A stretch of DNA of 47,094 bases from Myxococcota bacterium (GCA_040752415.1 JBFMGU010000057.1:1-47094); one strand, 5' to 3'. Counted from the first letter of the stretch, positions 18,368 through 28,426 are shown. Notes: generated from the letters alone by a model not told the origin. Numbers and translations are program-made.

Positions 18368-19867
18368 TCAGCCACGCTGGTAGACGATGAAGTACCGGAA
18401 GTGCTCTGTGGCGCGCGTGCTGCGCAGGCCCACGGCGCCGAAGGAGTAGTAGCTGTCGTATTTCGAGGTGCTGGTCTCGCCCACGCGCTCGCAGGTGATG
18501 TTGTTGTCCTCCGCCGTCATGCGCACCACGTGACTGGACCCCTGCCCCGGTGGCGACGAGATCCCCGCCACCGCCACCGGACCGCTGGTGTTGTAGAGGT
18601 CGTAGATGGTGAGGTCGCCAGAGGAGTCGTTGGTGCGGCGCACGGCGCAGAGCCAGCCCCAGGCATTGTTGTCCAGGCGCGCAATGACTCCGCTGTTGGC
18701 CGGGTAGCTGCCAATCCCGTCGAACACCACCCGCGTCTCCACCACGACGTTCTCGATGGACAGATCCGTGCGCGTCAGCCGCACGCCCACGGTGTTGCTG
18801 CCCTGGTAGAGCGAATCACCACTCACCGACCAGCTCCCGCCAACCGACGCCCAGCCGCCCAGCAGCGAGCCGCCCTCGAACGGATCGAAGAACGCGATGC
18901 TGTCACCGCCGCTGAACGGCCAGGGATCACACGCGTCGCCGATCCCGTCGCCCGCGGCCTCCCCGCCGTCGTTGACGTTGGCTTGATCCGGGTTGGCGTC
19001 GACCGGGCAGTTATCACAGGCGTCACCCACGCCGTCAGCATCCTCGTCGTGCTGCGTGGCATTCGAGAGCGTGGGGCAGTTGTCGACGTTGTCCAGGGCA
19101 CCGTCGAAATCCGAATCCGCCGCACCGCTGCTGCTGGAGGACGAGGAGGACGACGACGAACTGCTGGAAGATGATGATGAGCTGCTGGAGGACGAGGAGG
19201 AGGAGGAAGAAGAGCTGCTCGACGACGAAGACGACGAAGACGAGGAGGACGACGAGGACGAGGAAGAAGAGGAGGAGGACGAGGACGTCGAGCTGCTGGC
19301 ACTCGACGACAACGATGCATTGCCGGACGAGGACGTGGTCGATGAAGCGCTGGAGCTGGAGACATCCGACGAGGAGCTGCCCGCACCGCTCGACGACGAC
19401 GACGACGACGACGACGATGTAGCAGCAGAGCTTGCCGCCGTTGAGGTGGTGGTGCTCGTTGTGGCTGCGGATGACGCGTTCCCGCTGGAAGACGAGGAGC
19501 TGGCGCTCGACGCGGAGGACGACGAGCTGCTTCCACTGCCAGAGGAAGAAGACGCTGCGGACGACGACGCGGACGCAGACGCCGCGGAGGACGACCCCGT
19601 GGCCACCACCGAACCGTCCAGCTCCTCGGGGACGATCACCCCGCACACGCCGGCCGCCGTGCAGGTGTCCCCGCTGCCGCAGTCCGACGGGGAGCTGCAA
19701 CGTCGCCTGCATTCTCCGTCGCTGCACCCGTAGCCGGGGCTGCAATCCGCTTCCGTCTCACACTGGTAGGCAACCGCGTCCAGGCACCCGGCGGAGCCCA
19801 CGAGCACGAGCAGCGCGAGCATCACGCCACCCACGCACCGGTTTCGCCCCCGACGCGACCTCAGCAC
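18368..19867 (-). CDS. Lipoprotein with Cys-rich N-module, poly-Ser linker, thrombospondin type 3 repeats and a beta-sandwich/lectin-like C-domain
   Basis: Lipobox SAGC, then DNCP, DGVGDACDNCP and DGIGDACD TSP3 repeats. The start may instead be 19822. Confidence 0.85.
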   Translation of the reverse strand: MLRSRRGRNRCVGGVMLALLVLVGSAGCLDAVAYQCETEADCSPGYGCSDGECRRRCSSPSDCGSGDTCTAAGVCGVIVPEELDGSVVATGSSSAASASASSSAASSSSGSGSSSSSSASSASSSSSSGNASSAATTSTTTSTAASSAATSSSSSSSSSSGAGSSSSDVSSSSASSTTSSSGNASLSSSASSSTSSSSSSSSSSSSSSSSSSSSSSSSSSSSSSSSSSSSSSSSSSSSSSSSSSSSSGAADSDFDGALDNVDNCPTLSNATQHDEDADGVGDACDNCPVDANPDQANVNDGGEAAGDGIGDACDPWPFSGGDSIAFFDPFEGGSLLGGWASVGGSWSVSGDSLYQGSNTVGVRLTRTDLSIENVVVETRVVFDGIGSYPANSGVIARLDNNAWGWLCAVRRTNDSSGDLTIYDLYNTSGPVAVAGISSPPGQGSSHVVRMTAEDNNITCERVGETSTSKYDSYYSFGAVGLRSTRATEHFRYFIVYQRG

Positions 19868-19905
19868 CCCTTGAGCCTAGCCCATCCCCTCGCGGGTTGG
19901 CAGGG

Positions 19906-20307
19906 TCAGCGTCGCAGCGCGCGTCGGGCATGCGCCCACATGGACCCGGCCAGCCGCCACACGCCGGATTCTCGGGGCTCCAACGGGCGCGTCCTTCCGC
20001 GCCAGGTGACATGGGTGGCCAGGCCCAGCACCTCCGCGCGGGGCACCCACCCGTCGGGGGAAGGCAGTGAGTCGCCCTGGAGGAGCAGCGCGTGGGCCTC
20101 CACCGCCACCACGCGGTGCACGACGAGCCGGTGGACCACGCGCGCCAGCACCACGTGACCGGGCACCAGGCGCGCGGGCGGCCGCTGCAGCCGCACCCGC
20201 GAGAGATGGGGGATGCAGGGTGTCATGCTGCCGCCGCGCAGCGTGGCCTCGACCGGCCCCTTGGAAAGCGCCGCGACCAGCAGCTCCGACGTCAGATCGA
20301 CCTCCAC
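19906..20307 (-). CDS. S24/S26-family peptidase (Ser-His type)
   Basis: GGSMTP, VVHRV and QGDS motifs; no TM anchor. Confidence 0.75.
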   Translation of the reverse strand: MEVDLTSELLVAALSKGPVEATLRGGSMTPCIPHLSRVRLQRPPARLVPGHVVLARVVHRLVVHRVVAVEAHALLLQGDSLPSPDGWVPRAEVLGLATHVTWRGRTRPLEPRESGVWRLAGSMWAHARRALRR

Positions 20308-20314
20308 GCGCTCC

Positions 20315-22363
20315 TCACGGCGGGGCGATCTTGGCGTATGCCTCGTAGCGCGTCTGGATCTTGCTCACGTACTGCACCGGCTCCTCCCCGCGGCAATAAC
20401 CGTGGCGGGCCTTGCGCGCGTACTTGGGCTGGCTCAAGAGCAGCATGGCCTTCTCGACGTTGCCGAACCACTTGTCGGGATCCAGCTTCAGCTCCTGGGC
20501 GAGCCGGCGCGCGTCCATCACGTGACCCTTGCCCGCGTTGTAGCTGGCCTGCGCAAAGCGGATGCGGTCCTTGATCTTGAGGCCGGGATCCCACTGCGCA
20601 ATCAGCTGGCTCATGTACTTGACTCCGGCGTGGATGCCCGCTTCCGGCTGGGTGACGTCGCCAACGCCGAGCTCCTTGGCGGTCTGCGGCATCACCTGGA
20701 ACAGCCCCAGCGCGCCCACCCACGAGCGCGCGCCCGGGTCGAAGTTGCTCTCCTGGTACATCTGGCTCGTCATGAGGCGCCAATCCAGGTCGTACTGCGC
20801 GGAGTACTTCTTCACGAGCGGATCAAACGGCGAGAGCTGGCCCTGCTTGAGCCGCGCCTCCAGCTTGCTGCGCACGTTCTTCTGGTCCTTGAAGTACCGC
20901 TTCATGACGATGTTGTAGAAGAGCCCGCGGTATTCCTTCTTCACGAAAGCGTCGACGGCGGCCTGGAGCTGGGGGCTGTTCTTGCGGATGCCCCAGGCGA
21001 TCTTCTGCGGGTCGCCCAGGGGGAAGCAGCTCACCACGTCGTCGCGGTAGGTCAGCTCCACGTCCAGGATGTTGCTGTCCGCCACCGTGAGCGGAATCTC
21101 CCCCGACGCCACGCGACCGATGATGGTCTCCGTCTCCAGCTCCTCGTCCTCGGGCACCACCTTGACGTTGATGCCCTGCTCCTGGAGGTGCTGCAGCGAG
21201 GTGGCGTACGAGCTGGACTGCCGCACGTGCACGCTGCGACCGGCGAGGTCGGCGGGGTCCTTGGGGCACTCCTTCTTGCTGCGCGCCACCAGGAGCTCGC
21301 TGACGAAGTTGTAGGGACGGCTGAAGGCCACGTCCTTCTCGCGCTCCGGCGTGATGGTCATGGACGCGGCGATCATGTCGCCGAGGCCCTCGTTGAGATA
21401 GCGGATGAGGTCACCGCGCGTGGGCGGCACCACGATCTCCAGGCGAAGGCCGAGCTGCTTGGCGAAGTACTGCGTCAGCTCATACTCGAAGCCGAGCTGC
21501 TCACCCTTGTGCAGGAAGAAGGTGGTGGAGGCGTTGCGGGTGATGACGCGGATGACCTTGCGCTTCTTGAGCTCATCCAGGTCACCCACGTACTTCTTGC
21601 TCTTGAAGCTGGTCAGCGCGTTCTCGATGATGAACCCGTTCACCTTCTCGTGCAGCTTGCCGTCCTCCTTGCGCATGGCCCACGCCAGCGGAACCTCCTC
21701 GGTGAGGTCCATGGCCACCTTGACCTGCTCGTTGTAGCCAAGCACGGAGGCCACGAGGTCGCTGTCGGCGACGGTGGCGGGGATCTTGCCGGCGCCCACC
21801 TGGTAGATGAGCTCCTCGGTCTCCAGGTCCTCCGGGGCGGCCACCACCTCGAAGGGACCGTGCTGCGCCTGCAGCGCCTCCAGGGTGCCCCAGAAGGAGC
21901 TGCTCTTGCGCACGTGGATGCGCTTGCCCTTGAGGTCGGCGAGGGACGTGATGGCTCCCTCGGAGGCGGGCACCACCAGCTGCTGGCGCACCACCTTGAT
22001 GGGCCGGCTGAACTCCACCAGCTTCTTGCGCTCGTCGGTGATCTGGAGGCTGGCGGCCACCACGTCGCCACGGCCTTCCTGCAGCCAGGGGATGAGCTCG
22101 GCGCGGCTGGGCGCCACCACGAACTCCACGCGCAGGTTCAGCCGGTCTCCCAGCGCCTGGGCCAGCGCGCGGTCCTGTTCCAGCGGCGCGCCTTCCCGAG
22201 GGAGATGGCCTTCCGCCTGGCGGATGAGGAAGCGGATGACGCCGCGCTTCTGGATGGCGGGGAAGTCCCGCTTCTCCACCTCCTCCGCCGACGCACCCGT
22301 GCTCAACCACAGACCGGCCAGGCCCAACACGCCGGCCACCGCAAGCTTGCCCACAAGGCGCAT
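20315..22363 (-). CDS. mltF: Membrane-bound lytic murein transglycosylase F-like protein with two substrate-binding domains
   Basis: Two SBP family-3 repeats (GDVVAASLQIT and GDMIAASMTIT) and an SLT domain (YQESNF, GLFQVMP, SYNAG). Confidence 0.88.
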   Translation of the reverse strand: MRLVGKLAVAGVLGLAGLWLSTGASAEEVEKRDFPAIQKRGVIRFLIRQAEGHLPREGAPLEQDRALAQALGDRLNLRVEFVVAPSRAELIPWLQEGRGDVVAASLQITDERKKLVEFSRPIKVVRQQLVVPASEGAITSLADLKGKRIHVRKSSSFWGTLEALQAQHGPFEVVAAPEDLETEELIYQVGAGKIPATVADSDLVASVLGYNEQVKVAMDLTEEVPLAWAMRKEDGKLHEKVNGFIIENALTSFKSKKYVGDLDELKKRKVIRVITRNASTTFFLHKGEQLGFEYELTQYFAKQLGLRLEIVVPPTRGDLIRYLNEGLGDMIAASMTITPEREKDVAFSRPYNFVSELLVARSKKECPKDPADLAGRSVHVRQSSSYATSLQHLQEQGINVKVVPEDEELETETIIGRVASGEIPLTVADSNILDVELTYRDDVVSCFPLGDPQKIAWGIRKNSPQLQAAVDAFVKKEYRGLFYNIVMKRYFKDQKNVRSKLEARLKQGQLSPFDPLVKKYSAQYDLDWRLMTSQMYQESNFDPGARSWVGALGLFQVMPQTAKELGVGDVTQPEAGIHAGVKYMSQLIAQWDPGLKIKDRIRFAQASYNAGKGHVMDARRLAQELKLDPDKWFGNVEKAMLLLSQPKYARKARHGYCRGEEPVQYVSKIQTRYEAYAKIAPP

Positions 22364-22438
22364 GTCCCCTCCTCGAGGATGTGACGTGGTCCGGGCGCGG
22401 AATTACCAGCCCGGAGGGCAAGGCCTCAACCCGAAACT

Positions 22439-23311
22439 TCAGCGCGTCCGCCCGAGCACGCGCTGCAGCCAGGGCCCCAGGCGCGCCACCAGCCGTTCCG
22501 CGGCGTGCGGTTTGACCAGCCCGAAGTGGCCCAGCTGACGCACACCCATCTCCGACGGGGAGATCATCCAACGCTCCACCTGCGCGTGCGGCATCATGGC
22601 CAGGTAGTGGGCCACGGCGGGCTCCGGGGCGTAGAGCACGTCGTCGGTGGCGCACACGGAGAGCACGGGGCCGCGGACGTTGCGCAGCACCTCCGCCAGG
22701 TCGGTACCCCGACTGTGATAGCGCCCGGTGCGCCCCCAGCGTCCCCAGTCCTGGATGAGCGTGCGGGGGATCTCCGCGCCCAGTCCCACCGGACGCTCCG
22801 GGAGCCGGCCGAAGACGGTGGCAAGCGCGGGCATGAGCCGGAACGCCAGGCCCACGGTGGCCTTGTGGGGAAACGACCAGAGCGCCTCATACGGGTAGCT
22901 CACCGTCACCAGCACCGCGGCGCGCACGCGTTCGGGATGACGCGCCAGCGCCAACGCGGAGAGCTGTCCGCCCAGCGAGTGACCGCCGCATGCCAGGGGC
23001 ACCCCGGGCGCGCGACGCTCGAGCTCGTCCAGGAGCGCGGGCACGTCGTGAAGCACCAGGTCCGCCATGCCGGCGTCATGCCGACGCGAGGCGCGCGGGA
23101 GGCTCTCACCGCTGAAGCGGTAGTCGGCACGCAGGACGGCCCAACCTTCCCGGGCCAGCGCTTCCGCGAGGGGGCGCAGCGTGCGACCCGGCGTGGCAAT
23201 GGCGGGCATCAGGAGCAGCGCGCCGCGCGGTGCCCCCAGGACGGGGTGCCACCACGCCGTGAGCTCGACGCCGTCACCGCAGCGGACGGTGAGCCTTTCC
23301 GGGCTGCTCAC
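22439..23311 (-). CDS. Alpha/beta hydrolase
   Basis: DYRFSGES, nucleophile GHSLGG, TDD and LGHFG; the GTG start overlaps the upstream stop (GTGA). Confidence 0.88.
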   Translation of the reverse strand: MSSPERLTVRCGDGVELTAWWHPVLGAPRGALLLMPAIATPGRTLRPLAEALAREGWAVLRADYRFSGESLPRASRRHDAGMADLVLHDVPALLDELERRAPGVPLACGGHSLGGQLSALALARHPERVRAAVLVTVSYPYEALWSFPHKATVGLAFRLMPALATVFGRLPERPVGLGAEIPRTLIQDWGRWGRTGRYHSRGTDLAEVLRNVRGPVLSVCATDDVLYAPEPAVAHYLAMMPHAQVERWMISPSEMGVRQLGHFGLVKPHAAERLVARLGPWLQRVLGRTR

Positions 23312-26300
23312 TGGCAACGCGAGGACTGCGTGCGGAACCCGTTGTGGTCGGGCCCGTCGGCGTAGTGTGGCGTCTCCACGCGCGGGACGGCGCCGGACTC
23401 CGTGATGTTGGTGATGTGATAGGCGTGCTGGTTCCACACCCGGCGCACGTTCACCCAGTTCCCGTCGGTGTTGGTGAGCATCTTCACGCCCTTGGCGGTG
23501 CGCAGCAGCGGCTCGTTCTCCACCACCACCATGTTGGCGTGACCGTCGTTGTCCACGTCGGCAATGGCCGGGTACTCGAAGATGGTGCGGGAGGAGCGCG
23601 GCGCCGTGTAGATGAGCTGGCCATTGGTGCCGCGCAGCGCGAACGCGCTCTGCTCGTCGGCGTAGACCACCTCGACGATGCCGTCACCCTCGAAGTCGAA
23701 CGCCGCGGGGCCGGACGCGCCGGTGTTGTCCTGGATGCTGGTGCGCCAGTTCTCGGTGCCGTCCACCTCGTAGACCAGCAGGTAGTGCTTGTTGGCCACG
23801 GCAATTTCCGGCTTCCCGTCGGAATCGAAGTCGGCGATGGCGACGTTGGTGGGGATGGGCGTGTCGCACTCCGGCTGCTCTTCCGGGTTCTCCGCGCCGG
23901 TGCAGCCGGGGGCGGGGTACGGCAGGTTGATGGGGGGATAGGCGTCGGAGCCGTCCTCGCCGTTGAGGATGTGCAGCTCGCCGTTGTGGACCACCACCTC
24001 GGGCTTGCCGTCGAGCTCGAAGTCCGCCACCGCGGGCAGGCCGTCAAAGCCCACGTCGTCACGGTGCCAGAGGATGGTGCCGTCCCGACGGTACGCGGTG
24101 ATGCCCGCGGCGAGATCCAGGTACCCGTCTCCGTCGAGGTCCACGGGGACGGACATGCCGCCGTGCCCCGCGCTGCCGCTGCCCTTGGTGCCGGCCCACA
24201 ACAGGCGGCCTTCATGGTTGAAGACGTGGTTGCGGTAGATGACCTCGGCAAAGCCGTCCTGGTCCAGGTCCGCAATGGAGGGGCCGCCGCCGTCCTCCAT
24301 CTCCTCTTTGGGCGCGGTCCACTCGTCGCTCTCCCACTTGAAGCTGCCGTCGTGGCCAAAGCACAGCAGGCGTCCGCGCGCGAAGCGACCGAGCAGCTTG
24401 GGTCCGCCGGGGATGATCTCCTCACCCTCCAGCTCGACGAACTTGCTGCCAATGACCTCCGGCCAGTTGTCGCCGTCGATGTCGCCCGCGGCCAGACCCG
24501 CCTCGCTCTGCACCTGCAGCGCCTCGGGCATCACGGTCCACAGCTCGTGCCCGTCGTCACCGCTGAGGGCGCGGACCACCGCGGGAATGGGTGCGCCCAC
24601 CTGCGAGGCGTCCGCGGGGTTCATGTTGAAGTCATTGCCGTCAAACGCGCTGAACACCACGTCGGGGATATCCATCCGGGTGATCACGCCGTCACCGTCG
24701 TCGTCGGTGAGATTGATGACCAGCGGGGTGATCCAGACCTGCGTCTTGGCGGGATGGTTGACGCTGCTCTCCCACTTCCACTCCTCACGCGGGCTGAAGC
24801 TGTTGGGCATCAAGCACAGCGGCATCACCGCGGGCACGCCGGTGGCCTCCAACTGGATCTCCTGCACGCTCTCACAGGCGTTGCTGTTGACGGTGAGCGT
24901 GCCGGTGATGGCGCCCGTGGAGGTGGGGGCGAGGCTGACCTGCACCGTCATGGCCGCGCCGGGAGCCAACGTGGCGGGAAGCTGTGCGCTGGCGGAGAAC
25001 GGCGGATTGGCGGCGGCGGTGGCGGCGGTGATGGTGACGGTCTGCGTGCCGTAGTTGCGACACACAACCGTGCGCGTCTGCTCCGTGTTCACCTCGACAT
25101 TCCCGAAGCTGAGCGTGTCCGGTGTGCAGCGCATCAGCGGCGGACACAGGCCATCCGCGTTGCCCAGCAGGCGCACGTTGGCGGTGGGCTGGTTGGGATC
25201 ATTGCTGTCGACGACGAGAACGCCCAGGTCACCACCCGCCTGCGTGGGCCGGTAGCGGATCTCCAGGTTGATGGACGTTCCCGGAGCGAGCACCACGGGC
25301 AGGCCGGGAGAGGCGGGCGCGTCGAAGGCGGGGGAGCTGCCGGAGGCGAAGTGCAGGCCGCGGATGTCCAGGTCGGCGGCGCCGCAGCTCTGGATGCTCA
25401 GGTTGCGACGCGCCTCCCCGCCCACCGGCACCGCGCCGAAGTCGACGGGATCGGGCGTGAGGCACACCGCGGGAGCCTGCGCGTTGCCGGCGAGGTCGAT
25501 GTCCAGCGTGAGCGGCGTGCCACCGAAGCCGAAGCCCTCCTTGTAGGTGATGCGGGCGCGGCCGGTCTTGGGGCCGGGTGTCGTGGTGCGGAAGTTGATG
25601 GTCAGGTTGTGGCTGTCACCGGTGTCGACGATGACGCCGAGGCCCGCGGTGATGAAGCTGCCGCTGCTGAACTCCGGGCTGCCGGCCACGATGTCCAGCG
25701 CGGTGATGCGGCACATCTCGTCACCGATGTTGGTGACGGTGATCTGGCGGCTGTTGTTGGCGCCGGTGGGGACGATGCCGAAGTTGATGAACGGCGGGTC
25801 GGCCTCCAGGTGACAGCCCGGCGGCGGGGGCTGGTTGGCCTCCACGGTGACGTCCTGCTCAGGGCTGGTCTCGCTGTCGGAGTGCACGCGGAAGCGCGCA
25901 TTCTGCAGTCCTTCCGCCGTGGGCGCGAAGGTGATGGTGAAGATGGCGGTCTGCGCGGGCCCCACCACGACGGACGGCGGCGCACCACCGGTGGTCACGG
26001 AGAAGTCGGCGGAGCCTTCCACGCGGGTGATGCTGTCGACGGTGCAGGGCGCGTCGCCGGCGTTGGCGAGCAGCACGTCCCGCGACTCGGAGCTGCCGAG
26101 ATCGACGCGACCGAAGTTGATGGCCGCCGGCGCGACGCTGAGCAGGCAGCGCGGCGGGGTGATGCCACGACCGAGCAGCGTGAGGCTGCCCTGCCCCTGC
26201 TCCTGGGTGGTGAACAGGATGACGCCGGGCGGGCGGTCCGCGCCGTTGCCCACGCCCCAGCGGTGCGCCTCGGTGGGGGCGAAGGCCAGGTTGACGTCGA

Positions 26301-26964
26301 TCATCTCGTTGGGGCCCAGGGTGCGGGGCACGCTGATGGTGTCGACGAGCTCGAAGGGCGGAAAGCTGCTCTGGAGGGTGACCTCGGTGAGGGTGAGCGG
26401 GCGGATGCCGCAGTTGCCCACCTGCGCGGAGAGGGTCTTGCGCTCGCCAATGAGCACGTCGCCAAAGTCCAGCTCCGGGGTAGAGGCGCAGAACTTGGCG
26501 GCGCTGCCACGCGCGGTGAAGTAGACGCGGAGCGCGGGCTCGTCGTCGTCGTTGGTCTTCACCTCCATGATGGCGCAGTCGCCGCCGCCGTCGGTGGGAC
26601 GGTAGGCAACCTCCACCACCTTCTCCTCGCCCTTCTGCACCTCCACGTGCTGGCTGGCGCTCACCGGCGGGTAGGCGAACTCCGCGCTGGGCTGCGGGCA
26701 GATGGGGTCGGTGGCGTCGACCAGCGGGGCCAGGCGCGCGATGGAGAGCGGGGCGTTGCCGGTGTTCTTGACGTGGACCTTGCGCGCCACGCGCTGCCCG
26801 ATCTCGACGTCGCCGAACTCGATGATGAGCGGCGGGTCCCCACCGGCCTGCTTGCCGTTATCGTCGGTGACCTCCACTTCCGGCGCGGGGGTGCGGTCCA
26901 GCAGCGGGTCGTCGCACTGGCAGGCCTGGGACACCATCAGGAGGGGCAACAGGAGCTTGCGCAT
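23308..26964 (-). CDS. Large lipoprotein: six Ig-like (ASH / choice-of-anchor D type) domains + FG-GAP beta-propeller
   Basis: SQACQC lipobox; six FGxV...N.G repeats; multiple D[LIFV]DxDG repeats; VWNQHAYH terminal motif. Confidence 0.88.
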   Translation of the reverse strand: MRKLLLPLLMVSQACQCDDPLLDRTPAPEVEVTDDNGKQAGGDPPLIIEFGDVEIGQRVARKVHVKNTGNAPLSIARLAPLVDATDPICPQPSAEFAYPPVSASQHVEVQKGEEKVVEVAYRPTDGGGDCAIMEVKTNDDDEPALRVYFTARGSAAKFCASTPELDFGDVLIGERKTLSAQVGNCGIRPLTLTEVTLQSSFPPFELVDTISVPRTLGPNEMIDVNLAFAPTEAHRWGVGNGADRPPGVILFTTQEQGQGSLTLLGRGITPPRCLLSVAPAAINFGRVDLGSSESRDVLLANAGDAPCTVDSITRVEGSADFSVTTGGAPPSVVVGPAQTAIFTITFAPTAEGLQNARFRVHSDSETSPEQDVTVEANQPPPPGCHLEADPPFINFGIVPTGANNSRQITVTNIGDEMCRITALDIVAGSPEFSSGSFITAGLGVIVDTGDSHNLTINFRTTTPGPKTGRARITYKEGFGFGGTPLTLDIDLAGNAQAPAVCLTPDPVDFGAVPVGGEARRNLSIQSCGAADLDIRGLHFASGSSPAFDAPASPGLPVVLAPGTSINLEIRYRPTQAGGDLGVLVVDSNDPNQPTANVRLLGNADGLCPPLMRCTPDTLSFGNVEVNTEQTRTVVCRNYGTQTVTITAATAAANPPFSASAQLPATLAPGAAMTVQVSLAPTSTGAITGTLTVNSNACESVQEIQLEATGVPAVMPLCLMPNSFSPREEWKWESSVNHPAKTQVWITPLVINLTDDDGDGVITRMDIPDVVFSAFDGNDFNMNPADASQVGAPIPAVVRALSGDDGHELWTVMPEALQVQSEAGLAAGDIDGDNWPEVIGSKFVELEGEEIIPGGPKLLGRFARGRLLCFGHDGSFKWESDEWTAPKEEMEDGGGPSIADLDQDGFAEVIYRNHVFNHEGRLLWAGTKGSGSAGHGGMSVPVDLDGDGYLDLAAGITAYRRDGTILWHRDDVGFDGLPAVADFELDGKPEVVVHNGELHILNGEDGSDAYPPINLPYPAPGCTGAENPEEQPECDTPIPTNVAIADFDSDGKPEIAVANKHYLLVYEVDGTENWRTSIQDNTGASGPAAFDFEGDGIVEVVYADEQSAFALRGTNGQLIYTAPRSSRTIFEYPAIADVDNDGHANMVVVENEPLLRTAKGVKMLTNTDGNWVNVRRVWNQHAYHITNITESGAVPRVETPHYADGPDHNGFRTQSSRCQ

Positions 26965-27218
26965 GGGGAACCTCGAGTCGTTCAACGGCGCGGCCCTGCT
27001 AGCAAAACCCCGGGCTCCCCGTCATCAGGCCAAGGAGTGAGCTTGACCGATTGCGTTGTGGCGGCCGCAAGAGGTGCGCCGGGGGCGGGGCGGTCACCGA
27101 CGGGGCCGTGTCGCGGCTCGCGGTCAAGGCGAGGGCTGCGCCAAGACCAGGTGCGATTCTCGGGTGCGGCGCGTCGCGGCCCTATGGGCAACCTGTGTGC
27201 AAGCGACAAGAAAGCTTG

Positions 27219-27602
27219 TCAGTTGATGGCGTGCGGCAGCGCTAGGCGGAACGGCGCAATCACCGCGTCAAACTCGGTCCCGTCGGTGGCGCGCATCTGG
27301 TAGGTGCCGTGCATGGTGCCAAACTCCGTCGGGAGTGGGCACCCGCTGGTGTACTCGAACGAGGCGCCCGGCTTGAGCACCGGCTGCTCCCCCACCACGC
27401 CGGGACCACGCACCTCCTCCACGTGGCCGTGGGCGTTGGTGATGATCCAGTGGCGGCTGATGAGCTGCACGGTGCGGTTGCTCTCGTTGGAGATCCGGAC
27501 GGTGTACGCGAAGAAGTAGATGCGCCGCTCCGGCTTGCTCCGCTCGGGGCGGAACTCGCTGCGGACCTGGATGCGGATGCCTTGGGTGACCGCGTCGGAC
27601 AC
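27219..27602 (-). CDS. apaG: ApaG protein
   Basis: FAYTVRISN, VQLISRHWIIT, GPGVVGEQP, FEYTSGCPL.T..G.M.G.Y. Confidence 0.95.
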   Translation of the reverse strand: MSDAVTQGIRIQVRSEFRPERSKPERRIYFFAYTVRISNESNRTVQLISRHWIITNAHGHVEEVRGPGVVGEQPVLKPGASFEYTSGCPLPTEFGTMHGTYQMRATDGTEFDAVIAPFRLALPHAIN

Positions 27603-27706
27603 GGGCGCTCCTCGAGAACCACCCCGAACTTAGCGTGGTCCCCCCCGCGGACAAAGCATGATTTGGGTGTTCCCACCGTCGGCCCAGGCCTGGGCGTGTC
27701 CTGCCG

Positions 27707-28426
27707 TCACCGTGTGTCGACGTTCTCCTGGCCCTGCGCGGTCCCGTCGGCGTGCGGCCCCACCAGCTCCTCCACGATCTCCGCGAAGGACAGGCGGATG
27801 GTCTCGCGCGGGGGCCGCAGGCGCGAGCGCAGGCGGAAGGCGCCCCGCACCACCGTCGAGAGCGCGCACAACGCGGGCATCCCGGTCAGGCCGCCGCTCT
27901 CCGCGTGGACCACCTCGCCGTCGCGCACGTAGAGCACGCCGCCTTCTCCCCGACGGGGCTGGATGTCCACGCGCGCGGTCTTGCGCCCCAGGCGCAGCAC
28001 GTGCAGCAGCTCCAGGAAGCCCAGGTCCCGCAGGCTGCCCACCACGCCGCTGGGGTCGGTCTCCTCGGGCGGGGTGAGCGTTGCGGGAGCCAGTCCCTCC
28101 ACGCCGTCCCCGCTCACCCGCTCCACCACCAACTCCACCTCGCTGCCCGGCCGGTAGCCCAGCGCGGGAATCCCGGCGGGCGCGTCCAGCAGCTGCTCCA
28201 CGCGTCCCAGCACGTCCACGCACGCGTTCCCCTGCGGACCGGGCACCAGCAGCCGCACGTGCAGCGCCATGCCCAACGCCAGCTCCCGCGGCCGACGGAT
28301 GGGCTGCCCCTTGAACACGCGGCCGCCCGTCGCCACGGACAGGGATCCGTCGGCCTCCACCCGCAACCGCACCGCGCTGACCTGGGTCCCGCCCACATCC
28401 GCCTCCACGGTTTTCCCGCGGCCCAC
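27707..28426 (-). CDS. PilZ-like N-domain + DUF4388 (PATAN-like) domain protein
   Basis: C-terminal GSLRDLGFLELL...RKTA...LYVRDGEVVHAE...G..AL...GAF is DUF4388-like; the N-half resembles a PilZ barrel. Confidence 0.7.
   Translation of the reverse strand: MGRGKTVEADVGGTQVSAVRLRVEADGSLSVATGGRVFKGQPIRRPRELALGMALHVRLLVPGPQGNACVDVLGRVEQLLDAPAGIPALGYRPGSEVELVVERVSGDGVEGLAPATLTPPEETDPSGVVGSLRDLGFLELLHVLRLGRKTARVDIQPRRGEGGVLYVRDGEVVHAESGGLTGMPALCALSTVVRGAFRLRSRLRPPRETIRLSFAEIVEELVGPHADGTAQGQENVDTR

Noticed and set aside
18993..19733. Asp/Glu-rich ORF on the + strand
   Set aside because: It is the antisense shadow of the poly-Ser lipoprotein, which has the lipobox and TSP3 motifs.
19906..20307. Lasso peptide or PqqD-type RiPP cluster
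   Set aside because: No precursor, PqqD/RRE, cyclase or nucleotidyltransferase gene nearby.
23344..27303. 1319-aa + strand ORF, and similar long ORFs (350-2164, 20213-22384, 34293-36710, 45562-47067)
   Set aside because: These are stop-poor antisense frames typical of high-GC genes; they have no motifs and overlap well-supported genes.
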